Source: an uncultured Lentisphaeria bacterium
GTDB taxonomy: Bacteria > Fidelibacterota > UBA8477 > JABMPR01
Assembly: GCA_964578155.1 (NCBI GenBank)
Contig: CAZOBQ010000001.1
Span: 66,670-130,669 of the forward strand
Length of the DNA: 64,000 nt
Reading direction: 5' to 3'
Part shown: in pieces, positions 55,892 to 64,000 of the stretch
How positions within the stretch are numbered: position 1 is the first letter of the stretch
Layout: each line of letters starts with the position of its first letter
Position numbers and translations under genes: made by a program
Notes under the pieces: model-generated
What the model was told of the DNA's origin: nothing
What the model saw: only the letters and a program-made list of their open reading frames with translations
Database searches by the model: none

Positions 55892-56938
55892 ATGACCAGT
55901 GGTGTAAATATCGGCTTTAACAGAGCCCAACGACTTCTTTTAACTTTGGCGGCTTTTGTGTTGGTCGTTGCTGGTTTGCGTGCAGCAACAGATATTCTCA
56001 TCCCATTTCTGTTGTCTCTTTTTATCGCTATCATTGTTACCCCTCTTCTTAACTGGCTCCGAGGACGGGGACTTCCAACTTGGGCTTCTATCATTATTAT
56101 CATTATTATCATTGTTAGCCTCGGGTTCTTGGTGGCAGTTATGGTTGGGTCCTCCTTAACCGATTTTTCAGCTTCCCTTCCAGCATATCAGCAAGGTTTA
56201 AAAGCAAAAACAATTGACTTATTGTCCTTTTTTGAAGCCAAGGGCTTAAAGATCTCTGATCAAACTTTTACGGAATTTATCGATCCCGGAGCTGCCATGC
56301 GGCTCACGTCAAAACTGTTAACCGGCATGGGAAATCTACTCGGTGATACCTTCTTAATATTACTCGTTGTGGTTTTCATGCTGCTAGAGGCGGCAACCTT
56401 TGGTAATAAACTTGAGAGGGCTATACACTCTGAATCACCAGAAGTAGAGCGCTTTAAAGTTTTTACAGAAAATATTAATCGATACATGGTCATTAAAACC
56501 TGGACCAGCCTAGGTACGGGTATAATTGCCACGATCTGGCTAACCATTCTTGGTGTTGACTACGCGCTTTTATGGGGCTTGTTAACCTTTATGTTTAACT
56601 ATATCCCAAATATTGGTTCTATCCTTGCCGCCATTCCGCCGGTCCTGCTAGCCTTGATCCAGCTGGGGCCGTGGAGTTCCCTTGCAGTGGCTCTTGGTTA
56701 TCTGTCTATCAACTTGAGTATTGGGAGTTTTGTTGAACCTCGTGTTATGGGAAAAGGCCTGGGGCTTTCAACTCTAGTGGTCTTTTTGTCATTACTCTTT
56801 TGGGGTTGGGTCTTGGGTCCTGTGGGGATGATTCTTTCAGTTCCCCTTACCATGTCAATGAAGATTGCTCTATCCAGTTTTGAGGAAACCCGCTGGTTGT
56901 CAATTCTTTTAGATGGTACATCTCAACCTAAAGAATAA
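55892..56938 (+). CDS. AI-2E family transporter (PerM/UPF0118)
   Basis: 348 aa with about 8 TM helices and C-terminal FMFNYIPNIGS...EPRVMGKGLGLS. Confidence 0.8.
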   Translation: MTSGVNIGFNRAQRLLLTLAAFVLVVAGLRAATDILIPFLLSLFIAIIVTPLLNWLRGRGLPTWASIIIIIIIIVSLGFLVAVMVGSSLTDFSASLPAYQQGLKAKTIDLLSFFEAKGLKISDQTFTEFIDPGAAMRLTSKLLTGMGNLLGDTFLILLVVVFMLLEAATFGNKLERAIHSESPEVERFKVFTENINRYMVIKTWTSLGTGIIATIWLTILGVDYALLWGLLTFMFNYIPNIGSILAAIPPVLLALIQLGPWSSLAVALGYLSINLSIGSFVEPRVMGKGLGLSTLVVFLSLLFWGWVLGPVGMILSVPLTMSMKIALSSFEETRWLSILLDGTSQPKE

Positions 56939-56943
56939 CTGGG

Positions 56944-57699
56944 CTATCCGTATAGTTGTTGTAAAACCTTAAGCGACTTCATTCCACGAGTGGTTTCAAT
57001 ATGGTGAAATGTATAGCGCCACATGTAATCCCAAAGTGAGCGCCTCTCTAACGAGTTGAGCTTAATTTCACCAACGCTATCCCAATCTGAATCAAGAATG
57101 TTTTGCATGGCCAGCAACACCTCCCTGGAAACAAAGGTTGACCCTTTGTTGGGCTGGTGACACTTTACACACTCCAGAGAGGTGACTCCCCGGCCAATGG
57201 ATGCTCCTTCTTCCAACACGGACTGACAAATAGAGCAATGCTGAATATGTGGTCGAAAGCCCAGCTCTTTTAGTAGTTGAAGATGAAAATACCAATAGCT
57301 GTTTGCGGTTATTGTTGAGGGCTCGCTGAGTCTTTTAAGTGTGTTCACCAGCAAATCAAACAATGCTTGATGGGGTTCTTCGTCTTCCAGCGATCGATCT
57401 AAAAGTTCAACAACGACCTGTGCTAGCGTGAGCCTGTCAAAGTCATTTTCAAGACCAAAAAAACCGTCAATAAGTTCTCCGGCTTTAAAAAGCTGTAATT
57501 CAGAATTAGATTTACTGTAGTAAATAACCTGGAGATGTCGGGTGGGCTGGAAAAGTCCAACGGACTTACTTTTTGGTGAACGAACACCCTTGGCGATCAG
57601 CTTGAGTCGACCACTTTCTTTTGAGTACAGTGTTATTATTTTGCTGGTGTCGCCATGATTTAAAGTCTTAAGAACTACAGCCTCAGCTTTTTTAATCAT
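56944..57699 (-). CDS. recO: DNA repair protein RecO
   Basis: N-terminal OB fold (AVVLKTLNHGDTSKIITLYSKESGRLKLIAKG) and a zinc motif CSIC...CVKC. Confidence 0.85.
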   Translation of the reverse strand: MIKKAEAVVLKTLNHGDTSKIITLYSKESGRLKLIAKGVRSPKSKSVGLFQPTRHLQVIYYSKSNSELQLFKAGELIDGFFGLENDFDRLTLAQVVVELLDRSLEDEEPHQALFDLLVNTLKRLSEPSTITANSYWYFHLQLLKELGFRPHIQHCSICQSVLEEGASIGRGVTSLECVKCHQPNKGSTFVSREVLLAMQNILDSDWDSVGEIKLNSLERRSLWDYMWRYTFHHIETTRGMKSLKVLQQLYG

Positions 57700-58931
57700 G
57701 ACTCATGAACCTCACATTGAAGTCTTTTTACAAAAATACTGGCTGACAACATGGCAAGTGATCCCAGAATAAAAACAGGGGCGTAACCGATCCAGGCGAT
57801 TGCAAATCCTGAAATAAGTGGAAAGAGGGCAATGGTAAGATTGAAGGCGCCATTGATTCCAGAATATAGAGCCCTGTTATCGTTTTCAGAGATTTCGATT
57901 AAAACCCCTTCTTGGGCAATTTTTTGGGCGCTCATTGCTGCTCCGCTCAAAAAGAAAATAAGCAAGAAAACAGGTTCAGAAGCAAAAGTAGCTATCAATA
58001 ATGCCAGGAGTGGCAGGCTTGCCCCTATAGTGATCCAAATTAACAAAATACCCTTAAACGAGTATTTCTTAAGGACTCGCGACCAGAGAAGGTTTGATAG
58101 GATCAGACCGCTAATTTGAACTAACAAAAAGTTACCAATATCTGACAACTCAAGAGAATATGTATCTCTCGCCAAAACAACATAGAAGGGTAATAGGGTT
58201 GTGGCAAATCCTGTCAGATTGTTCACAATGATGAAGTTTCTCAGGTTAGCGTCTTCTTTGATATAGCCTGGTATAAATTTTAGAATTTCCAGAAAGGAGC
58301 TACTCTCAAAACGACTAGCAACTGATTTTTCCTTAAGCATGATAAATCCAAAAGACGCTATAAAGAGAGCAATGGCAGCAGCAAAAAAGAGAACTTCATA
58401 GTTTTGCGGATATTCATAGTGTTTTAGGATTTGTCGTGTGATCAACGCTGAGACTAAAACCCCCATGCTTGCCAAGGATTGTCTCACGACAAAGAACTTT
58501 TTGCGGACCTTTCCAGCAATACTTTTTCCTAAAATATCTGTGTAGGAAACACCGGCAAACGCGCCGCTAGTGGTAAAAATCAACATCCAGCCATAAACTA
58601 AAAAGATAACGACCACCGGGTCAACATCCGTAAACCGCGTTAATGTCCACCCCACGCCACCTAGCGCCACGACCCTAAGATATATACCTAACAGTAGGTA
58701 TGGTTTCTTTTGGGGTTTAGGCGTTAAAAACCCAGCAAAAAGCAATTGGGTCAACATGGGAACACCAACCATAATAGCAGTTAGTATTCCTACATGTATA
58801 TGGTTGCCACCGACCTCGAGAATCATTCCGGGAAGCACGGTGTTGATTTCGGTGAAGGTCGAAGTAAAGGCCAGCCAGGTGGCATGCCAGACAAAGGCTT
58901 TAAAGTTGTGTTTGGTGTTGTCTTGGCTCAT
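57696..58931 (-). CDS. MFS transporter
   Basis: 411 aa with about 12 TM helices. 4-nt overlap with recO. Confidence 0.7.
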   Translation of the reverse strand: MSQDNTKHNFKAFVWHATWLAFTSTFTEINTVLPGMILEVGGNHIHVGILTAIMVGVPMLTQLLFAGFLTPKPQKKPYLLLGIYLRVVALGGVGWTLTRFTDVDPVVVIFLVYGWMLIFTTSGAFAGVSYTDILGKSIAGKVRKKFFVVRQSLASMGVLVSALITRQILKHYEYPQNYEVLFFAAAIALFIASFGFIMLKEKSVASRFESSSFLEILKFIPGYIKEDANLRNFIIVNNLTGFATTLLPFYVVLARDTYSLELSDIGNFLLVQISGLILSNLLWSRVLKKYSFKGILLIWITIGASLPLLALLIATFASEPVFLLIFFLSGAAMSAQKIAQEGVLIEISENDNRALYSGINGAFNLTIALFPLISGFAIAWIGYAPVFILGSLAMLSASIFVKRLQCEVHES

Positions 58932-59004
58932 GCTAGCAAGATAGAGAGGGACTCGCCTAGGGGTTAGAGAGATTTTCGCAATTTAGGGCTGTCTGTAGTC
59001 AGGG

Positions 59005-59445
59005 CTATGAAATTAACTTAATCGCTTCTTGTCCGAGAATTCGAATATCGTTTTCAACTTTATTGTTTTCCAGCTGCTCAGAATTGAACCACTCAAGTTT
59101 TATGCTTTCACCTTTGTCTGGAACAACGATATCGGTGTTTGCTTTTGCATAGTAAATCAAATCTATATGTTGATGGAAAGGGTTGATATTTTCTAAGAGC
59201 AGGTGCCTGGGGCCTGGGATCTCTACTGCATTTTCGGATTTAATGCTTGGCTCATCATGTATTAATTCCACATCGAGGCCTGTTTCTTCTTTTATTTCCC
59301 TGAGGGCAGCAATATGAGGAAGCTCATCTCTATCTATATGACCACCCGGGGGCAACCACATGTTTAGTGTTTTGTGTAAATGAAGTAATGTTTTGTCCTT
59401 ATATACAATAAATGTGGTGGCTGTAAAGTGACGGGTTATTTCCAT
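59005..59445 (-). CDS. NUDIX hydrolase
   Basis: Nudix box GGHIDRDELPHIAALREIKEETGL. Confidence 0.85.
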   Translation of the reverse strand: MEITRHFTATTFIVYKDKTLLHLHKTLNMWLPPGGHIDRDELPHIAALREIKEETGLDVELIHDEPSIKSENAVEIPGPRHLLLENINPFHQHIDLIYYAKANTDIVVPDKGESIKLEWFNSEQLENNKVENDIRILGQEAIKLIS

Positions 59446-59637
59446 TTTGTATCCTCTGCTGATCTATGTTTGGGCAAAGAAAATGACCTTCGCATTCTTG
59501 TATTCCTACGTTATTTAACCTCTTTTTGACCTTCTCAATAGCGCCTGACTGTAGATTCTTTCTGTATAGTAAAAGCATCTGCGCTAATTAACTTTTTTCG
59601 CCCTAGCTATTTAACACCATAACAGAAGGATATACTT

Positions 59638-59802
59638 TTGGCAAAACCGAACTATCAATATGAAAAAAGACAAAAAGACCTGGCAAAAAAAAAGAAAAAA
59701 GAAGAGAAGCGGCTCAAGCGTCTAAGCAAAAAAGCGGGTGACACCGAAACTGAAGTCAATCCCGAGAATCAACCCGATGCCACCGATGAGAGCTCTTCTT
59801 GA
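59638..59802 (+). CDS. Small (54-aa) lysine-rich protein, not in the ORF track
   Basis: TTG start 8 nt after AGAAGGA. Translation: (M)AKPNYQYEKRQKDLAKKKKKEEKRLKRLSKKAGDTETEVNPENQPDATDESSS. The stop TGA overlaps the TTG of the next ORF (cTTGAa). Confidence 0.4.
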   Translation: MAKPNYQYEKRQKDLAKKKKKEEKRLKRLSKKAGDTETEVNPENQPDATDESSS

Positions 59803-60881
59803 ACGAAAACTCCAGCGTGACACAAAATGACAGTCAATCCTCAAGCCCCTCCCCTTTTTATGTAGGCACCTATACAGATGGCGACAGTCAAGGCATTTAC
59901 AAGTTCCTGTTTCATGCCGATGGCACTTTGACCAATCTCGGTCTGGCGGCCAACTCAACGAACCCATCTTTTTTAGCTCGAAACAAAGATTCAAGCTTTC
60001 TCCTCGCTATTAATGAAGTTGTTGGTAAAAATGATCTCGGTTCTATACAGTCGTTCATTATAAATGGTGACACGCTTGATCTTATTGACCAAAAAGCGAG
60101 CGGTGGAAGCCATCCCTGCTTTGTAGCTATTAACCGTGATGGGTATATTCTAACTGCTAATTATACCGGCGGTAATGTTTGTCTATTAAAACAAGATGAC
60201 CAGGGACTACTCTCAGACATTTTGGATACACAGCAACATACGGGAGCCGGTACTTCTGAACGTCAAGATGCACCGCATGCACACTCTTCTTGGTTTGTCC
60301 CGAACAGTGAAGATATAATCTCAGTTGACCTTGGCACAAATCAGCTCTGGTTTTCAAGAATTGATCCTGATCAGAACAAGTTGGTTCCCTCAACACCCAT
60401 CACACTCGATCTTGACGAGGGAGATGGTCCAAGACACCTGGCTTTTCATCCTGACAACAAATGGTTTTATGTTGTTAACGAATTGAATTCAACCATCACA
60501 ATCATTCATAGAGACAAAGAAGGTGGTTACACAAAAGGCGCTTCTTGCTCCGCTTTGCCTAATAACTATGTCGAACCCAACACCTGTTCTGACATCCATC
60601 TCTCTTCTGACGGCAAGTACCTGTATGTGGCAAACAGGGGTCATGACAGTATCGCCGTATTCCGTGTAAGTTTTGTGGATGGAGAGTTAAAACTACTCGG
60701 CCATAAATCTTCTGGAGGGATTAGCCCGAGAAATTTTTCTTTGTCACCAAAGGGGAATTATCTCTTGGTGGCAAACCAAAAGTCTAACAATATTGTGGTT
60801 TTAAAGCGAGATGTTAAAAGTGGTTTGTTAAAATACAGATCACAACTAGAGACGCCATCACCTGTTTGTCTTTTATTTTAA
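59799..60881 (+). CDS. Lactonase, 7-bladed beta-propeller family (6-phosphogluconolactonase-like)
   Basis: FYVGTYT...GIY, GSHPCFVAI, GPRHLAFHP and YVANRGHDSIAVF repeats are typical of YbhE/Pgl-type lactonases. The start is uncertain (TTG 59799 or GTG 59817). Confidence 0.7.
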   Translation: MNENSSVTQNDSQSSSPSPFYVGTYTDGDSQGIYKFLFHADGTLTNLGLAANSTNPSFLARNKDSSFLLAINEVVGKNDLGSIQSFIINGDTLDLIDQKASGGSHPCFVAINRDGYILTANYTGGNVCLLKQDDQGLLSDILDTQQHTGAGTSERQDAPHAHSSWFVPNSEDIISVDLGTNQLWFSRIDPDQNKLVPSTPITLDLDEGDGPRHLAFHPDNKWFYVVNELNSTITIIHRDKEGGYTKGASCSALPNNYVEPNTCSDIHLSSDGKYLYVANRGHDSIAVFRVSFVDGELKLLGHKSSGGISPRNFSLSPKGNYLLVANQKSNNIVVLKRDVKSGLLKYRSQLETPSPVCLLF

Positions 60882-61735
60882 GACACCCTGTTCGTTGCCA
60901 TAACAACAAATATCACCGGTAGGTAGATCAACATATAGAAGAAAAAGGTTTTTGCGCTTTTCTCGTTGTGTTGTTGATAAAATTTTACAACGAGAAAAAC
61001 CGCAATCGATGTGGCTAGAATTGCTGTAAAAAGATAAACCCCTCCAGAGACCTTAAATAAAACCGGTATAAATATCAGTGGAATATTGTATAGGGTGTAC
61101 CAAAGACTTTGCCTGAGAGCTGCTTTTTCGCCGATAACGAACGGAAGTTGTTTTCCTCCAGCAGAAGCAAATTCATCATTGTATCTGAATATGATGACAA
61201 ACGTGTGGGGAATCTGCCAAAGAAAGATCATGAGTGACATCCAGACAATGACAAGGTTGAATCCCTGGGTTACTGAAAACCAACCTATAAAGGGGAGTAG
61301 CGCTCCAGGGAGAGAGCCAACCAAGGTGCTTAGGTTTGATCGTGATTTTAAGGGCGTGTAAGTCCAAATATAGATACCGCCACACAACAGTGTTGCTAAA
61401 GCTGTCGTCCCGTTTATGAGCACGTACTGTAAACCTATGGAAACGATAAATAAACCCAAACTAGAAACAAAGGCCATCTTTGGTAAAATTTTACCAGAAG
61501 GAATGGGACGGTTTTTAGTTCGCTCCATTTTTGCGTCAGCATCTCGTTCATAATATTGATTTAAACCAAAAGAGGCGGCGTTTGCAATGCCTGTGGTCCC
61601 AAGTAAAAGAAGAAGTGCGGTCCAGTTAAATTCTAAACCCGTCTCGCCCAACGCAAAAAAATGAGCAAACAAAACCATAGATAAAATTAACCCTATGGGT
61701 TTTAGCCTGAACAGTTCTGTATAGGCTTTAAACAT
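60878..61735 (-). CDS. ctaB: Protoheme IX farnesyltransferase (heme O synthase)
   Basis: UbiA-family polytopic protein with YYERDADAKMERTKNRPIPSG, downstream of the cox genes. Confidence 0.85.
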   Translation of the reverse strand: MFKAYTELFRLKPIGLILSMVLFAHFFALGETGLEFNWTALLLLLGTTGIANAASFGLNQYYERDADAKMERTKNRPIPSGKILPKMAFVSSLGLFIVSIGLQYVLINGTTALATLLCGGIYIWTYTPLKSRSNLSTLVGSLPGALLPFIGWFSVTQGFNLVIVWMSLMIFLWQIPHTFVIIFRYNDEFASAGGKQLPFVIGEKAALRQSLWYTLYNIPLIFIPVLFKVSGGVYLFTAILATSIAVFLVVKFYQQHNEKSAKTFFFYMLIYLPVIFVVMATNRVS

Positions 61736-61772
61736 TTCTTTTTTTTGTGTTAATGTTCAATAAAGACAAAAA

Positions 61773-62714
61773 TTACTCCGACAATTCTTTTATATGTTCT
61801 ATTATTTGCCCAACTTCTTTATCGCTTAATGGTAGAGGGGGCATAAGTGGCTGAAAGTCTTTTACGATATCTTTGGCCGGATCTACTATTGACTGTTTGA
61901 GGTATGCCTCATCAACGACGATCTCAGATTCAACTCCTCCTGTAAGAATAAATTCTTTTTTACCAAAGAGGTTTTTAAAGGTCGGTCCAATAAGTTTAGA
62001 GCCATCAGTACTATGGCAAGCGATACAGCCCTTTGAAACCAACAACGCTTTTCTGGGAGATTCGGCTTTTAATTTTTCTTGGCTGCTCGTCGAAGCCACG
62101 TACCAGGCATCATAGTCTGTCTTTGAAAGCACATGAACCTTGCTGATCATTTGGGCATGATTTTGTCCACAATATTCAGCACAGAATAAATCATAATCCC
62201 CGGCCAGGCTGGCCTCAAACCAGGTGTAGTTGGGATCTTCGTTTTTTGTTTTTGGAACCACATCCATTTTCACCCTGAAAGCTGGAACATAAAAAGAATG
62301 TACTACATCCACCGAATAAAGAGGAAGATAAATAGGCGTATCAACAGGAACGGTTAAGCCCTGTTCGGTTGACTGTTCTAGTCCGTTTGGATAAGTGAAC
62401 TTCCACCACCACATGCCTGCATCAACCCGAATTTCCATGGCATCCTTCGGCACGTTTCTCATTTTTAGAAAGCCCTGAAGACCAAAGTAAAAGAAGAGCA
62501 TCACCAAAACTGTTGGTATAATGGTCCACACAATTTCAAGTCCTGTATGACCATGAACATTTGAAGGTATCGGATTGTTCTTTTTGTTGTATTTAACTAT
62601 ACTGAAGATCATAAAGCCTGTAATAAAGACCAGGAAGATTAAGCTCACGGTGGTAATAAACCAGAAGGCAAAATCTACCTCTTCAACAAAAACTGAGGCT
62701 GGGCCATTGTTCAT
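61773..62714 (-). CDS. ctaC: Cytochrome c oxidase subunit II with a C-terminal cytochrome c domain (caa3-type)
   Basis: CuA site HSFYVP...CAEYCGQNHAQM and a C-terminal CIACHS heme c motif. Confidence 0.9.
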   Translation of the reverse strand: MNNGPASVFVEEVDFAFWFITTVSLIFLVFITGFMIFSIVKYNKKNNPIPSNVHGHTGLEIVWTIIPTVLVMLFFYFGLQGFLKMRNVPKDAMEIRVDAGMWWWKFTYPNGLEQSTEQGLTVPVDTPIYLPLYSVDVVHSFYVPAFRVKMDVVPKTKNEDPNYTWFEASLAGDYDLFCAEYCGQNHAQMISKVHVLSKTDYDAWYVASTSSQEKLKAESPRKALLVSKGCIACHSTDGSKLIGPTFKNLFGKKEFILTGGVESEIVVDEAYLKQSIVDPAKDIVKDFQPLMPPLPLSDKEVGQIIEHIKELSE

Positions 62715-63004
62715 GATACTCCCCTAAAAGCATAATCAGCGAAAGTGAGCACGAACAGTGTAGCTAGAGTTACAAATGCCAGTGCGACGAAAAGTTTAAA
62801 GATTAATGGTTCGTGATTTAGATGCATAAAAAAGATCAATACCAAAGACCCTTTAACTGACGCAATAAACATCGCCAGCATAATACTTCCCGTCTCTCCT
62901 AAAGCCAGCGACGATGTGGCGACAGTTAAAAGGGTCAGAAGGATAAGGGCTGAAAATACAATTACAGGTGTTCGATAGTTGAATATTTCTTTGTGTGTAT
63001 TCAT
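62711..63004 (-). CDS. Cytochrome c oxidase subunit IV (small 3-TM subunit)
   Basis: 97-aa hydrophobic protein between subunits III and II. I prefer the start at MNTHKEIF (63004). Confidence 0.55.
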   Translation of the reverse strand: MNTHKEIFNYRTPVIVFSALILLTLLTVATSSLALGETGSIMLAMFIASVKGSLVLIFFMHLNHEPLIFKLFVALAFVTLATLFVLTFADYAFRGVS

Positions 63005-63015
63005 GTGAGAGTCCT

Positions 63016-63681
63016 CTATGCAACCAAATAATATAGGGGAAACAGGAAGATCCAAATCAGATCAACCAGGTGCCAGTAGAGCCCACAGCGTTCAAGAACG
63101 CCTGTGTTTTCTGGATTGATTGAGCCTTTCGCTATCCAATAGTAAACGATACCCATCCAGATACCACCGACAATAATATGCAATGCATGGGTTCCTGTCA
63201 TCACAAAATACAAACCATAAAACAAAACCTGACCATTTGGCAACATCTCAGGCCCAGGATTCAAGAGGAGGGATCCTTCACCCGCAGCTATAGCGGAACT
63301 GGTTTGTAGAAAGAGGTGGTGGGCAAATTTTGCGTTCCACTCAAAACCCTTGATGATCAAAAAAGCTGTTCCCAGTGCCATGGTAAAAAGCAGAAATGTT
63401 TTTGCCAGTTTTACCTGGTTAGCTTTTAAGGCGTTTAACGATAAGACCATTGTAAGACTGCTCGCTAACAGGATGATTGTGTTTTGGGTTCCAATTCCTT
63501 TATTCAAGCTTTCGGCAGCAATTTTAAAGTCTGGTAGATAGTTGTTTCTGTAAACAGCATATACAATAAAGAAGGCGCCAAAGAGAAGCAGCTCTGTAAA
63601 AAGAAACAACCAAAAACCTAGGCGTGTTCCATCTTCATCGTGATGATGAAAGACTTCAACGGGTAATGCTTGTTCACTCAT
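63016..63681 (-). CDS. ctaE: Cytochrome c oxidase subunit III
   Basis: 221 aa with about 5 TM helices and the pattern FWLFLFTELLLFGAFF...YWHLVDLIW. Confidence 0.85.
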   Translation of the reverse strand: MSEQALPVEVFHHHDEDGTRLGFWLFLFTELLLFGAFFIVYAVYRNNYLPDFKIAAESLNKGIGTQNTIILLASSLTMVLSLNALKANQVKLAKTFLLFTMALGTAFLIIKGFEWNAKFAHHLFLQTSSAIAAGEGSLLLNPGPEMLPNGQVLFYGLYFVMTGTHALHIIVGGIWMGIVYYWIAKGSINPENTGVLERCGLYWHLVDLIWIFLFPLYYLVA

Positions 63682-64000
63682 TAGATGCTCCCTTTGCAGT
63701 TCCGTTTTTCACTTCTTCTCTAAAAGCATCATAATCATACGGATCACGTGTAACAACCGGGTCCTCTTCAAAATTGAACAGGGTTGGAGGAGTAGCCGTC
63801 TGCCATTCTAACGTAGAGGAGTTCCATGGGTTTTCTTCATTCGTTTTTTTGCCTTTTAGTAAACCATGAATCCACGTGATAAACATGAGGATTACACCTG
63901 TTACCAGAATCCACGACCCAATTGTTGATGCTTGTTGTAAGTTGTTAAATATGGGCATGTCTGGGTAAGTGTGATAACGACGAGGCATTCCATAATAGCC
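63674..64000 (-). CDS. ctaD: Cytochrome c oxidase subunit I, C-terminal part (continues beyond the window)
   Basis: The frame is open to the window edge (GYYGMPRRYHTYP is the conserved subunit I motif). Confidence 0.9.
   Translation of the reverse strand, partial: GYYGMPRRYHTYPDMPIFNNLQQASTIGSWILVTGVILMFITWIHGLLKGKKTNEENPWNSSTLEWQTATPPTLFNFEEDPVVTRDPYDYDAFREEVKNGTAKGASNE

Noticed and set aside
56088-56115. Tandem atcattatt repeats as a possible microsatellite or phase-variation tract.
   Set aside because: The repeat is in-frame, under 3 units long, and simply encodes a poly-Ile stretch (IIIIIIIIV) of a transmembrane helix in the AI-2E transporter.
1-64000. CRISPR arrays, rRNA/tRNA genes, transposases, integrases, phage genes, and classical defence systems (RM, TA, CBASS, etc.).
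   Set aside because: None found. The only repeats are irregularly spaced REP-like units. The NYN-domain protein has no defence-type neighbours. No regularly spaced direct repeats were seen.

Overview
This is a 64-kb chromosomal segment with roughly 90% coding density. I found no rRNA, tRNA, CRISPR array, transposase, integrase or recognisable defence island. All family calls rest on motif recognition by eye; no searches were run.

The gene content points to an aerobic member of the FCB superphylum. It has a type IX secretion (T9SS) C-terminal sorting domain, a complete alternative complex III operon (actABCDEF), a caa3-type cytochrome oxidase cluster and a CarboxypepD_reg-type TonB-dependent receptor. 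Many genes carry clear GGAGG/AAGGA Shine-Dalgarno sites. That argues against classical Bacteroidia and is compatible with marine candidate lineages such as Marinimicrobia-like organisms, which is only a guess.

Other content:
- recG, recO and arfB.
- A lipoylation and 2-oxoacid-dehydrogenase cluster (lipA, E2, fused E1 alpha/beta, lipB, lpd), interrupted by arsR-arsM.
- folE-yhhQ-queD.
- A murU-like/amgK-like pair.
- dppBC-type permeases, plus assorted transporters and hypothetical envelope proteins.

I do not see an obvious multi-gene novel system such as a defence system. The observations most worth following up are:
1. A thioredoxin-TPR lipoprotein gene with an in-frame TGA exactly at the first Cys of its CxxC motif, followed by a SECIS-like hairpin. 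This is a candidate selenoprotein, and the ORF track splits it.
2. An AmgK-like anomeric sugar kinase fused to a RapZ C-terminal domain.
3. A dispersed REP-like palindromic repeat family (gtcatcctgag...gtcgaagga) that occupies most of the larger intergenic gaps and creates spurious ORFs.
4. Two decayed genes: a frameshifted TonB-dependent receptor, and a TipAS-like gene with an A8 frameshift plus a TAG.
5. A 1447-aa T9SS cargo protein with three tandem beta-helix modules.
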